47,817 nucleotides of DNA from contig CAZCAY010000002.1 of NCBI GenBank assembly GCA_964496955.1, positions 1 through 47,817 on the forward strand, in the 5' to 3' direction. Of the stretch, positions 20,681 through 28,609 are shown piece by piece; the stretch's first letter is position 1; every line of letters begins with the position of its first letter. The DNA is from an uncultured Gammaproteobacteria bacterium (GTDB lineage Bacteria > Patescibacteriota > Microgenomatia > Curtissbacterales > CAZCAY01). Below the pieces are notes generated by a model. It was not told where the DNA came from. It did no database searches and saw only the letters and a list, made by a program, of their open reading frames with translations. The position numbers and the translations under genes are program-made.

Positions 20681-21601
20681 CTACCGAATGGGATTGGAGC
20701 TTTTATAGATTTTTGGTACCAACCAATCATCTTGGACCGCTTGCTCTGCCCCTGGGGTTGAAGAAGATTCCTCAACTTCAGGTTGAGAAACAGCTGCACT
20801 GGCCTGATTCGGTTCATTAACCAATGGAGTATTCTCAGCCAAACGACTAGAAGGAGGGGCCCATTTTTCAAAACCACCTTGTTGATTCCTGACTCTTACG
20901 CAAAAAGCCGCAGCTTCCAAAGCATCTGCTGTTAAATTAGGACTTTGGAAATTATTCGTACCATCAACAATGCCTAAAAACAAATTGTTAGCAATATCCA
21001 CATCCATAGGCCAATCTAGTTGTTTGATTAAAAAAGCGACCGTTTCAGCAATTGTTGACTGGCCAGTGCCAATGACCAACCCAGACAATTCTTGCTCAAT
21101 TTTGTCTTTTCTAATAAATAATACTGGCGTTTTAGAGAACAAATCTTGTTCTTGATAATATAAATTACCCAAATCCTCTAATTTGCTCACTCCTATTAAT
21201 ACAAGAAGATCAACAGATGGCTTATCATAGCTAAAAGAGACATTATCGGCTGTAAATCTGTCCGCTCCCGGTAAAGCATGAACCACAATATTTAACTTGC
21301 CATCCTCTAAATAATGGGTTACCTTGTCTACATTGCCTAAAACATTATTTAGGCTAATGATAAACTTCCTTGAAAGCCAATCGTGACTAATTTTATCCAC
21401 TCCTACATATTTGGCCCATTCGACTGTTGCGACTTTCGGAGCTAACACTTCCACATTCTTGCCAAGTTTGAGAAGTGACAAATACAATGACAAGGCAGAC
21501 GCCAAAGAATCTGAATCAAAATTCTCACCAACAAGAACAGCAATCTCAGAAACTTGGTTAACTGTTTGATTTATTTGCTCAAGAGTACTTTTTGGTATCA
21601 T
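20681..21601 (-). CDS. NrnA/DHH-DHHA1-like protein with degenerate catalytic motifs and a disordered C-terminal tail
   Basis: 306 aa. The layout resembles DHH phosphoesterases, with a motif-I-like VGENFDSDSLASALSL and a DHHA1-like STIAETVAFLIKQL...IANNLFLGIVDGTNNF.SPNLTADALEAAAF. No DHH tripeptide is present (FIRKDKI sits at the expected place) and there is no GGGH. Its ATG abuts the infB stop. Confidence 0.55.
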   Translation of the reverse strand: MIPKSTLEQINQTVNQVSEIAVLVGENFDSDSLASALSLYLSLLKLGKNVEVLAPKVATVEWAKYVGVDKISHDWLSRKFIISLNNVLGNVDKVTHYLEDGKLNIVVHALPGADRFTADNVSFSYDKPSVDLLVLIGVSKLEDLGNLYYQEQDLFSKTPVLFIRKDKIEQELSGLVIGTGQSTIAETVAFLIKQLDWPMDVDIANNLFLGIVDGTNNFQSPNLTADALEAAAFCVRVRNQQGGFEKWAPPSSRLAENTPLVNEPNQASAAVSQPEVEESSSTPGAEQAVQDDWLVPKIYKSSNPIR

Positions 21602-23083
21602 CTATTTATTTTCCTCAACAGGGAGTAATTCTAGCCTATCGCCAACTTGAAAGTCAAGGGGGGGGTCAAACATAACACCGCATTCTTGGCCCTTAGGTAC
21701 CTGCTGCACAGCTTCCTTTCTCTTTTTTAGGGATTTAATCATACCCATACCCACCTCTTGGTCATCTCGCAACAAACGCACTGACCTGCCTACCTCTAAA
21801 AAACCATCTACCACCAAACAACCAGCAACCTTTTGGTTATCAACATTAAATTCAGCAAGGATCTTTGCCGCACCATCAATCTTGGCATCTAATTGTTTCT
21901 GGCTAACTTTTTGCAATTCACTTTCAATATCAGCAAGCAATTCATAGATGAGATTAAATTTTCTTATGCTAATCTGTCTATTTTGGGCCTGTTTCTCAAT
22001 CACTAAAGGTAGCTTAAGGCCAAATGTATAAATAATGGCCCCTGTTGATTCAGCCAATAGCAAATCCTGTTCTGTAACCAATCCCACCCCGCTAGACACA
22101 ACCCACACCTTATCAGGTAAATGGCCAGTGATAGCTTCCACTGATCCTAAACTATCAGCTTTAATAAGCAGTGGTAGTTTGTCTTTTTTGGTCTCCTTTT
22201 GTTTAATCAAATCGAGAGGATTCGCCACAAAAGCTGGCTTGGCTGGTTCTAAAGAGGGAGGTGGCTGTTCAAGAGCTGATTTGACCTCCACACCCACCTC
22301 TGGCACTTTCCTAAAACCTAAAACCTCAACAGGTGCTGATAGACCCGCCTCTTTGACTGGCCGACCGTTAGTATCAAAAAGCGCCCTCACCTTACCATAA
22401 ACCCCATCAGCTACAATTTCGTCGCCAACTTTTAAAGAGCCGTCTTTAACAATAAGTGTTCCCACAGGACCTTTACTTTTGTCCAAAAACGATTCAATAA
22501 CAACTCCTCTAAAAGGGGCTGAAGGGTTAGCAGATAATCCTTCTATATCAGCTATTAAGAGAATCAACTCCAGCAAATTCTCAATCCCAATGTTATTCTT
22601 AGCAGAAATTTCTACCCACGGTACCTGACCACCAAAATTTTCCAATAAAACACCATGCTTTGCTAACTCTTCTCTAACCCTCGCCGGATTCGCTTGGGGT
22701 AAATCAATTTTGTTAATGGCTACTATGAAAGGAATTTGGGCTGATTGAATATGTTTAATAGCTTCCACAGTTTGCTGCTTGACACCATCGTCAGCCGCCA
22801 CTACTAAAATAGCCAGGTCTGCCACTTGTGCACCTCGCGAACGCATCGCTTCAAAAACTGCATGACCTGGAGTGTCCACAAAGGTGATAGACCTCCCCAA
22901 AACGGGCACTTGATAAGCACCAATCCGTTGGGTAATAGCCCCTGTTTCACCGGCAGCCACGTTACTTTTTCTAATCGCGTCAAGCAAGGTTGTTTTCCCA
23001 TGGTCAATATGACCTAAAACCGTCACCACAGGCGGTCGGGGTATCTGCTGCCTTTGGTCACGATTGGCAACTGTCATCATCAT
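21602..23083 (-). CDS. infB: Translation initiation factor IF-2, minimal form (G domain, II, C1, C2)
   Basis: G-motifs are present (GHIDHGKTTLLD, DTPGH, NKID), followed by the IF2 C-terminal domains. A triple ATG at 23083-23075 is preceded by GAGGGTGAGGG. The longer TTG start at 23116 is less likely. Confidence 0.92.
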   Translation of the reverse strand: MMMTVANRDQRQQIPRPPVVTVLGHIDHGKTTLLDAIRKSNVAAGETGAITQRIGAYQVPVLGRSITFVDTPGHAVFEAMRSRGAQVADLAILVVAADDGVKQQTVEAIKHIQSAQIPFIVAINKIDLPQANPARVREELAKHGVLLENFGGQVPWVEISAKNNIGIENLLELILLIADIEGLSANPSAPFRGVVIESFLDKSKGPVGTLIVKDGSLKVGDEIVADGVYGKVRALFDTNGRPVKEAGLSAPVEVLGFRKVPEVGVEVKSALEQPPPSLEPAKPAFVANPLDLIKQKETKKDKLPLLIKADSLGSVEAITGHLPDKVWVVSSGVGLVTEQDLLLAESTGAIIYTFGLKLPLVIEKQAQNRQISIRKFNLIYELLADIESELQKVSQKQLDAKIDGAAKILAEFNVDNQKVAGCLVVDGFLEVGRSVRLLRDDQEVGMGMIKSLKKRKEAVQQVPKGQECGVMFDPPLDFQVGDRLELLPVEENK

Positions 23084-23176
23084 TAAAGCCCTCACCCTCT
23101 TTCCTACCGAATTCAAGACAGTTTTGAAAAAGGCTAAACTCGGAAATTGATAGACAGAGTTGTTATTTAATCAAAG

Positions 23177-24199
23177 TCAGTTTGAGTCTTGCTTAACTTT
23201 AACCTCTTTGGACTGCTTGCCTTGAATACTTTCCTCTTTTTTAAGTTGCTGCTCATACTCTTCCCTAGACTTAATATCAATCTTCCAACCAGTTAACTTA
23301 GCTGCCAAGCGTACATTTTGTCCCTCTTTGCCAATAGCTAGCGATAATTGGTCATGGGGCACAATTGCTAAAGCTTCTTTTTTCTTATTCTTCAAAACCA
23401 CTTCTACCTCTTTGGCCGGAGCCAAAGCTGCGGCAATGAATTTAACTGGATCATCACTATAGGGAATAATATCAATCTTCTCATCACCAATTTCTGAAAT
23501 GACCGCCTGGACCCTAACCCCCTTTTGGCCAACGCATGAACCCACTGGGTCCACATTAGCTTGATTGGAAGCGACCGCAACCTTGGTACGCGACCCAGCC
23601 TCCCTGGCAATAGCTTTAATCTCCACCGATCCGGCAGCAATCTCAGGCACTTCTGACCTGAACAAACCCTCAATTAAACCTTCTGCTGATCTGGAAACAA
23701 TAATCTCTTCTCCTCTCGGTCCTTGTTTGATTTCAGCCAAATAAAAGCGCAGCCTTTGATTAGGGCGATAATTATCAGCAGCAACCTGTTCTTGAGGAGG
23801 CATAATAGCCTCAGTCTTACCTAAATTAACAGTAATAACAGGACCGCTAATTCTCTGAACTAATCCTGAAATAACTGTCCCCACTTTTTTCTCAAACTCA
23901 GCTAAAATAGCTGCCTTTTCAGCCTCTCTAATTCGTTGCAAAATAACCTGCTTGGCGGTTTGGGCAGCAATTCTACCAAAGCTAGGGGGAGTTACATTCT
24001 GGTCACCTTTAAAAAGAGAAACCTCGCCTGATTTCTCATCAATATGAACTGTAATACCAGTAGCATCACCATAATCTTTCCGATAAGCGGCCAAAACGGC
24101 AGCTTTAACCGTTTCTAACACAACCTCTGGGTCGACATTTCTCTCGGCACATACTTGATTGAGAGCACTAGCAAACTCTGATCTTGATTGTAACGGCAT
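23177..24199 (-). CDS. nusA: Transcription termination/antitermination factor NusA
   Basis: About 340 aa. The NusA N-terminal domain, an S1-like domain ([27 protein letters not shown]) and two KH domains ([44 protein letters not shown]) are present. The ATG at 24199 is preceded by GAGGTGG. Confidence 0.93.
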   Translation of the reverse strand: MPLQSRSEFASALNQVCAERNVDPEVVLETVKAAVLAAYRKDYGDATGITVHIDEKSGEVSLFKGDQNVTPPSFGRIAAQTAKQVILQRIREAEKAAILAEFEKKVGTVISGLVQRISGPVITVNLGKTEAIMPPQEQVAADNYRPNQRLRFYLAEIKQGPRGEEIIVSRSAEGLIEGLFRSEVPEIAAGSVEIKAIAREAGSRTKVAVASNQANVDPVGSCVGQKGVRVQAVISEIGDEKIDIIPYSDDPVKFIAAALAPAKEVEVVLKNKKKEALAIVPHDQLSLAIGKEGQNVRLAAKLTGWKIDIKSREEYEQQLKKEESIQGKQSKEVKVKQDSN

Positions 24200-24219
24200 C
24201 AAACCACCTCACTTTAATT

Positions 24220-24244
24220 AAAAAGGTGGGCACAGGTCCCACCT
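24220..24244 (-). terminator. Hairpin plus T-tract between dnaJ and nusA (dnaJ terminator and/or nusA leader attenuator)
   Basis: The minus strand reads AGGTGGG-ACCTGTG-CCCACCT followed by TTTT. The stem is 7 bp and GC-rich with a 7-nt loop. It sits 20 nt upstream of the nusA SD sequence. Confidence 0.6.
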
Positions 24245-24279
24245 CTTACCAATTACGTCTAGGAATAAAAACTGGGGTT

Positions 24280-24308
24280 ATTATACAAAAGGCTGGATAT
24301 CAAGTCAA
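24280..24308 (-). promoter_or_regulatory. Sigma70-like promoter (TTGACT-17-TATAAT) upstream of the nusA leader
   Basis: The minus strand has TTGACT at 24308-24303, a 17-nt spacer, and a perfect TATAAT at 24285-24280. Confidence 0.6.
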
Positions 24309-24347
24309 GAGAAGCCAATAAACCAATAAAATAATTTATTATATTTA

Positions 24348-25202
24348 TTAAATACGCTCTTTTTCTAGCCTGGCCAACTCTTCTAATAACATCTTCTCCT
24401 TTTTAGAGACTCGCTGGGGTATTGTAATCCTAACCCTAATATATTGGTCACCTCTTCCTGCACCTCTTATATGTGGCACACCTCGTCCTCTTAGGCGGAT
24501 TAAGGTATTAGGCTGGGTACCTGGTTGAATTCTTAACTTCACCTTCCCATCAATAGTGACAGCCTCCACAGTAGCACCCAACACCGCTTGCGGGTAACTA
24601 ATCTCTAAATCAGTAAATAAATCATAACCTTGACGGCGAAATAGGGGATGAGGTTTAACCTGGGTTACAATAATATAGTCATCGAATTTGATTTCCGAAC
24701 CATCATCAACCCCTGCTGGTATTTTTACTTTAACCTTCTTATTATTGATCACCAGCTCTTTTTGACAACCCTTCACAGCTTCCATAAAATCCAGGTCTAA
24801 CACATAGCGAGGCAGCCGTTCTCGTCTACCAAAAGGCGAAGCTCCCCCAAACATCATCTCAAAAATGTCAAAGGGGTCTGCAAAACCAAAGTCAAAATCA
24901 AAACCCTGTTCATTGCTCCAATGGTAGGTCTTGTAATAATAGTTCCCTGGACCTTTTTGCCAATCACCAAAACCGCCACCTTGGCTAAACGCAGCGTGAC
25001 CAAATTGATCATAAGCCGCTCTTTTTTGGGCATCAGAGAGGACTTGGTAAGCTTCGTTAATCTCCTTAAACCGTTCATTAGCATCCGGAGATTTATTAAC
25101 ATCAGGGTGGTACTTGCGTGCTAAAACCCTGTAAGCTTTCTTAATCTCTGCATCCGTAGCGTTCTTAGGCACGCCTAGAATCTCATAATAATCTTTCTTC
25201 AT
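24348..25202 (-). CDS. dnaJ: DnaJ-class co-chaperone lacking the Cys-rich zinc-finger domain (type II / CbpA-like)
   Basis: J domain with HPD (DYYEILGV...[14 protein letters not shown]), a G/F-rich region, and C-terminal substrate-binding domains. There are no CxxCxGxG repeats. It is the last gene of the hrcA-grpE-dnaK-dnaJ cluster. Confidence 0.9.
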   Translation of the reverse strand: MKKDYYEILGVPKNATDAEIKKAYRVLARKYHPDVNKSPDANERFKEINEAYQVLSDAQKRAAYDQFGHAAFSQGGGFGDWQKGPGNYYYKTYHWSNEQGFDFDFGFADPFDIFEMMFGGASPFGRRERLPRYVLDLDFMEAVKGCQKELVINNKKVKVKIPAGVDDGSEIKFDDYIIVTQVKPHPLFRRQGYDLFTDLEISYPQAVLGATVEAVTIDGKVKLRIQPGTQPNTLIRLRGRGVPHIRGAGRGDQYIRVRITIPQRVSKKEKMLLEELARLEKERI

Positions 25203-25225
25203 TGCATCACACCCCTTCTAAACTA

Positions 25226-25263
25226 AAACCCAAAAGCCTCGAAGTGGGCAGTCTTCGAGGCTT
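25226..25263 (-). terminator. Intrinsic terminator-like hairpin between dnaK and dnaJ
   Basis: An 11-bp perfect stem AAGCCTCGAAG / CTTCGAGGCTT (25234-25263) has an 8-nt loop. On the minus strand it is followed by TTGGGTTTT. Confidence 0.55.
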
Positions 25264-25331
25264 AATAAGCCTAGTCTACCTTAAAAATCGGCCTTTAGCT
25301 AGAGTTTGCCTGAAGCCCATTACCCCTAATC

Positions 25332-27218
25332 CTATTCTTTGACCACTTCACCTTCTTGGACATCACTTTCTTGGTCATTGGCCCTTCCTGTTTGATTGCC
25401 AGAAGAAGCAGTTTGGGCGCCGGCGGTACTTTGATAAAGGGTTTGACCAATTTTAGATAATGAGGTTGATAACTCCTCGCTTGCTTTTCTAATAGCTTCA
25501 ACATCACTGGTTGCCATTTGCTGCCTCAAATGGCTAATTTTATTCTCAACTTCTGATCTTAAGTCAGCGTCAATCTTCTCAGCTGATTCCTTCAAAGACT
25601 TTTCAGCCTGATAAATCAAATTATCAGCAAAATTTTTCGTCTCAATTTCTTCCTTCTTCCTCCTATCTTCTTCTGCATGAGCTTCTGCATCTTTCTTCAT
25701 CCTCTCAATCTCCTCACTTGTTAAACCAGTAGAACCGGTAATTCTAATGCTTTGAGCCTTGCCAGTAGCTTTATCTTTAGCAGTGACATTCAAAATACCA
25801 TTAGCATCAATATCAAAGGTTACTTCAATCTGAGGCACACCTCGCGGTGCGGGTGGAATACCATCCAAAATAAAGCGCCCTAACGACTTGTTATCCACTG
25901 CCAATTCCCGCTCGCCCTGTAAAACATTAATCTCTACTGACGTTTGATTATCCGCAGCTGTTGAGAAAATCTGCGTTTTTGAACAGGGGATTGTGGTGTT
26001 GCGCTCTATCAGCTTAGTCGTAATACCACCCAAGGTTTCAATACCTAAAGAAAGAGGGGTCACGTCCAAAAGTAAAACATCTTTGACATCACCGCCCAAC
26101 ACTCCACCTTGGATCGCTGCCCCAATGGCTACTACCTCATCGGGGTTAATACCTTTGTGGGGGTCACGGCCGAAAAATTCTTTGACAATATTCTGCACTC
26201 TGGGCATACGAGTCATCCCACCTACCAAAATAACCTCTTCAATATCACTTGCTTTCATCTTGGCGTCAGCCAAAGCTTTCTTGCACGGCTCAATAGTCTT
26301 CTGAACCAAATCCTCAACTAATTGTTCAAACTTAGCCCTGGTTAATTTCATCTGCAAATGCTTAGGACCTGCTTGGTCAGCAGTAATAAATGGTAAGTAA
26401 ATCTCAGTCTCGGCAGTTGTGGATAACTCGATCTTGGCTTTCTCTGCTGCATCTCTCAACCTTTGAAGAGCTTGGCTGTCTTTGGTTAAGTCAATACCTT
26501 GCTCTTTTTTAAACTCCTCAACCAGATAATCCACAATTCTTTGGTCAAAATCATCGCCTCCCAAATGGGTGTCACCATTCGTGGATTTCACTTCAAAAAC
26601 TCCATCACCAAGCTCAAGAATCGAAATATCAAAAGTGCCACCACCTAAATCATAAACTGCAATTCTGTGAGACTGAGTTTTATCCAAACCATAAGCCAAA
26701 GCAGCAGCTGTCGGTTCATTGATAATCCTTTTAACTTCCAAACCAGCAATTTCACCAGCTTGTTTAGTAGCTTGGCGTTGGGAATCATCGAAATAAGCAG
26801 GCACGGTAATAACTGCTTCCTTAACACTTTCTCCTAAATAACTCTCAGCATCAGCTTTAATTTTTTGCAAAATCATCGCTGAAATTTCCTGAGGCGTGTA
26901 TTCTCGGCCGTTAACTTCCACAACAGCCATCCCATCGCGGCCCTTTTTCACAGAATACGGCAACCATTTCAAATCTCGCTGCACTTGAGGATCGTCAAAC
27001 TTTCGACCCATTAAGCGCTTAATAGAAAAAATGGTCGTCTTAGGATTAACAATCATTTGCCTCTTGGCCGCATCGCCAACCACGTGTTTTTCCACATCAA
27101 CCACCGATGGAATGACATTTCGCCCTTCGGCCGAATGGATAACCTTAGCTTTACCAGCTTCCATTACAGCCACAACGCTATTAGTTGTTCCTAAATCAAT
27201 ACCAATAATCTTCCCCAT
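25332..27218 (-). CDS. dnaK: Molecular chaperone DnaK (Hsp70)
   Basis: 628 aa with the canonical Hsp70 signatures [18 protein letters not shown] and [12 protein letters not shown] strong SD sequence (AAGGAGG) lies upstream. Confidence 0.98.
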   Translation of the reverse strand: MGKIIGIDLGTTNSVVAVMEAGKAKVIHSAEGRNVIPSVVDVEKHVVGDAAKRQMIVNPKTTIFSIKRLMGRKFDDPQVQRDLKWLPYSVKKGRDGMAVVEVNGREYTPQEISAMILQKIKADAESYLGESVKEAVITVPAYFDDSQRQATKQAGEIAGLEVKRIINEPTAAALAYGLDKTQSHRIAVYDLGGGTFDISILELGDGVFEVKSTNGDTHLGGDDFDQRIVDYLVEEFKKEQGIDLTKDSQALQRLRDAAEKAKIELSTTAETEIYLPFITADQAGPKHLQMKLTRAKFEQLVEDLVQKTIEPCKKALADAKMKASDIEEVILVGGMTRMPRVQNIVKEFFGRDPHKGINPDEVVAIGAAIQGGVLGGDVKDVLLLDVTPLSLGIETLGGITTKLIERNTTIPCSKTQIFSTAADNQTSVEINVLQGERELAVDNKSLGRFILDGIPPAPRGVPQIEVTFDIDANGILNVTAKDKATGKAQSIRITGSTGLTSEEIERMKKDAEAHAEEDRRKKEEIETKNFADNLIYQAEKSLKESAEKIDADLRSEVENKISHLRQQMATSDVEAIRKASEELSTSLSKIGQTLYQSTAGAQTASSGNQTGRANDQESDVQEGEVVKE

Positions 27219-27271
27219 CGCTTAACAACCTCCTTAAAAAATGACCGCTTTCATCATTGATTTTGACTCAT

Positions 27272-27727
27272 TCATTTCAAATCCTTTCTGACAACTACTA
27301 CCTTTGCAGGCCTTAAAGGGGCTCCGTTTAACAAATAGCCTGCTTCTATAACTTTTACTACCTTATTATCTTCATCACCTTCAACCACCTCAACAGCTTC
27401 ATGAACCTTAGGGTCAAAGGTTTGGCCAACTGCTGGCACTTCTGTCACTCCTTCTGACTTTAATACCTGCTCAAACTGCTTAACAATTAAGCTAAGACCA
27501 TCGTCCTTTAAGTGCTCGGCAGCTTTTTTTAAGTTATCTAAAATCGGCAAGAATTTTAAAATAACTATTCCCGCAGAAAACCTACTTAAACTTTCCTTTT
27601 CCTGGTTAACACGTCTTTCTAAGTTATGATAATCAGCCAAAGCTCTTTTTAGCTGATTAGTCACTTCTTCTAAATCCTTTTGGATTTTCTCTACCTTAAC
27701 ATCTCCGTTACGACTCTTTTTAGGCAT
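27272..27727 (-). CDS. grpE: Nucleotide exchange factor GrpE
   Basis: GrpE coiled-coil and beta-domain blocks are present (RALADYHNLERR, LPILDNL, FDPKVHEAV, GYLLNGAPLRPAKVVV). I prefer the ATG at 27727, which has GAGGAG 9 nt upstream, over the ATG at 27736. Confidence 0.9.
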   Translation of the reverse strand: MPKKSRNGDVKVEKIQKDLEEVTNQLKRALADYHNLERRVNQEKESLSRFSAGIVILKFLPILDNLKKAAEHLKDDGLSLIVKQFEQVLKSEGVTEVPAVGQTFDPKVHEAVEVVEGDEDNKVVKVIEAGYLLNGAPLRPAKVVVVRKDLK

Positions 27728-27760
27728 AATTACCATCTCCTCATTAATTAAAATTTTATC

Positions 27761-28522
27761 TTACCAACTTTGGGTAATCTGATTCAAAAGATGACCCACA
27801 TAACGCACCGTGGGAATAATAATTGGATATGGGAGCCTCGAAGGGCCAATAACTCCTATGATCCCTTTATTATTAGCGGCATTGAACCTCGAAAAGACCA
27901 AACCACAAGGTTCTAAATAATCATAGCCCAATTCCTCACCTAAAAGGATGCCAATTTCATCTTCAACATCAGCTTGTTGAAATAGTTGATAGAGAATCTC
28001 CCCATGATCAAGAAGAGAAAGCACCGTTTTTGTCAAATCAATGTCATAAAATTCGGGCATATCTAGAATATTGGCCATACCTGAAGAATACAATTGCTCT
28101 GCGCCAGTGGTCGCCAAAGCCAAAGCCCCCGTTTGTTCTGCTAAGGCCTTTGTTGCCTGACGGAGAAGTTTGTCTAACTCATGACGATAATCCCAGAGCT
28201 GCTCTTTTAAATAAACTTCATCCTTCACAGGCAGTTCCTTTTCTCTCATTAATTGATTGATGTAAATTCTCAAGGCAGAAGATGTGGGCACGCGACCAGC
28301 AGAAGTATGAGGCTGTTTTAAATACCCCAACCTTGTTAACTTGACCATCTCATTCCTAATAGTAGCTGGTGAAATACCCAAATTAAACTCTCTTTCAAGA
28401 GTCTCAGAGCCCACAGGCTCTGCGGTCTCAATATACTTCTCAACAATAGAGCGTAACAGTTGCTGTTGTCTTTCTGTTAACTCTTCTTCCATGGTGCGCC
28501 TCCTACCAAAAGGATGAGGCAT
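27761..28522 (-). CDS. hrcA: Heat-inducible transcription repressor HrcA (short form)
   Basis: N-terminal wHTH (LTERQQQLLRSIVEKYIETAEPVGSETL...ISPATIRNEM..L...GYL.QPHTSAGRVPT) and the C-terminal GVIGPSRLPY block are present. The gene is the first of the dnaK operon and a CIRCE element lies just upstream. Confidence 0.88.
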   Translation of the reverse strand: MPHPFGRRRTMEEELTERQQQLLRSIVEKYIETAEPVGSETLEREFNLGISPATIRNEMVKLTRLGYLKQPHTSAGRVPTSSALRIYINQLMREKELPVKDEVYLKEQLWDYRHELDKLLRQATKALAEQTGALALATTGAEQLYSSGMANILDMPEFYDIDLTKTVLSLLDHGEILYQLFQQADVEDEIGILLGEELGYDYLEPCGLVFSRFNAANNKGIIGVIGPSRLPYPIIIPTVRYVGHLLNQITQSW

Positions 28523-28540
28523 TAAATTAAAAGCTTTAAA

Positions 28541-28567
28541 TTAGCAATAAGATAACATGAGTGCTAA
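28541..28567 (-). promoter_or_regulatory. CIRCE operator (HrcA binding site)
   Basis: The minus strand reads TTAGCACTC-ATGTTATCT-TATTGCTAA. One arm is perfect and the other matches 7 of 9 positions of the consensus TTAGCACTC-N9-GAGTGCTAA. It lies 19 nt upstream of the hrcA ATG. Confidence 0.85.
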
Positions 28568-28577
28568 TAAATGTCAA
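28549..28577 (-). promoter_or_regulatory. Promoter of the hrcA operon overlapping CIRCE (TTGACA-17-TATCTT)
   Basis: The minus strand has TTGACA at 28577-28572 and, 17 nt downstream, TATCTT at 28554-28549. CIRCE occupies the spacer and the -10 element. Confidence 0.5.
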
Positions 28578-28609
28578 GTTTAAATCGAGTCCACAACTCT
28601 AAGAGGGGA

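Noticed and set aside
20638-20877. Two small ORFs (60 aa on the plus strand, 69 aa on the minus strand) around the 3' end of the DHH-like gene and the rpsO promoter.
   Set aside because: They overlap the DHH-like coding frame and the rpsO promoter. They have no motifs and no start signals, so they are most likely chance ORFs.
22035-22400. 121-aa plus-strand ORF antisense to infB. Similar short antisense or alternate-frame ORFs occur inside rpoB (154-523, 1096-1950, 3114-3404), dnaK, lepA, the LCP gene and others.
   Set aside because: All are nested in strongly supported conserved genes. Their translations are Ser/Leu/Pro-rich, as expected for antisense reading, and they have no start context or recognisable domains.
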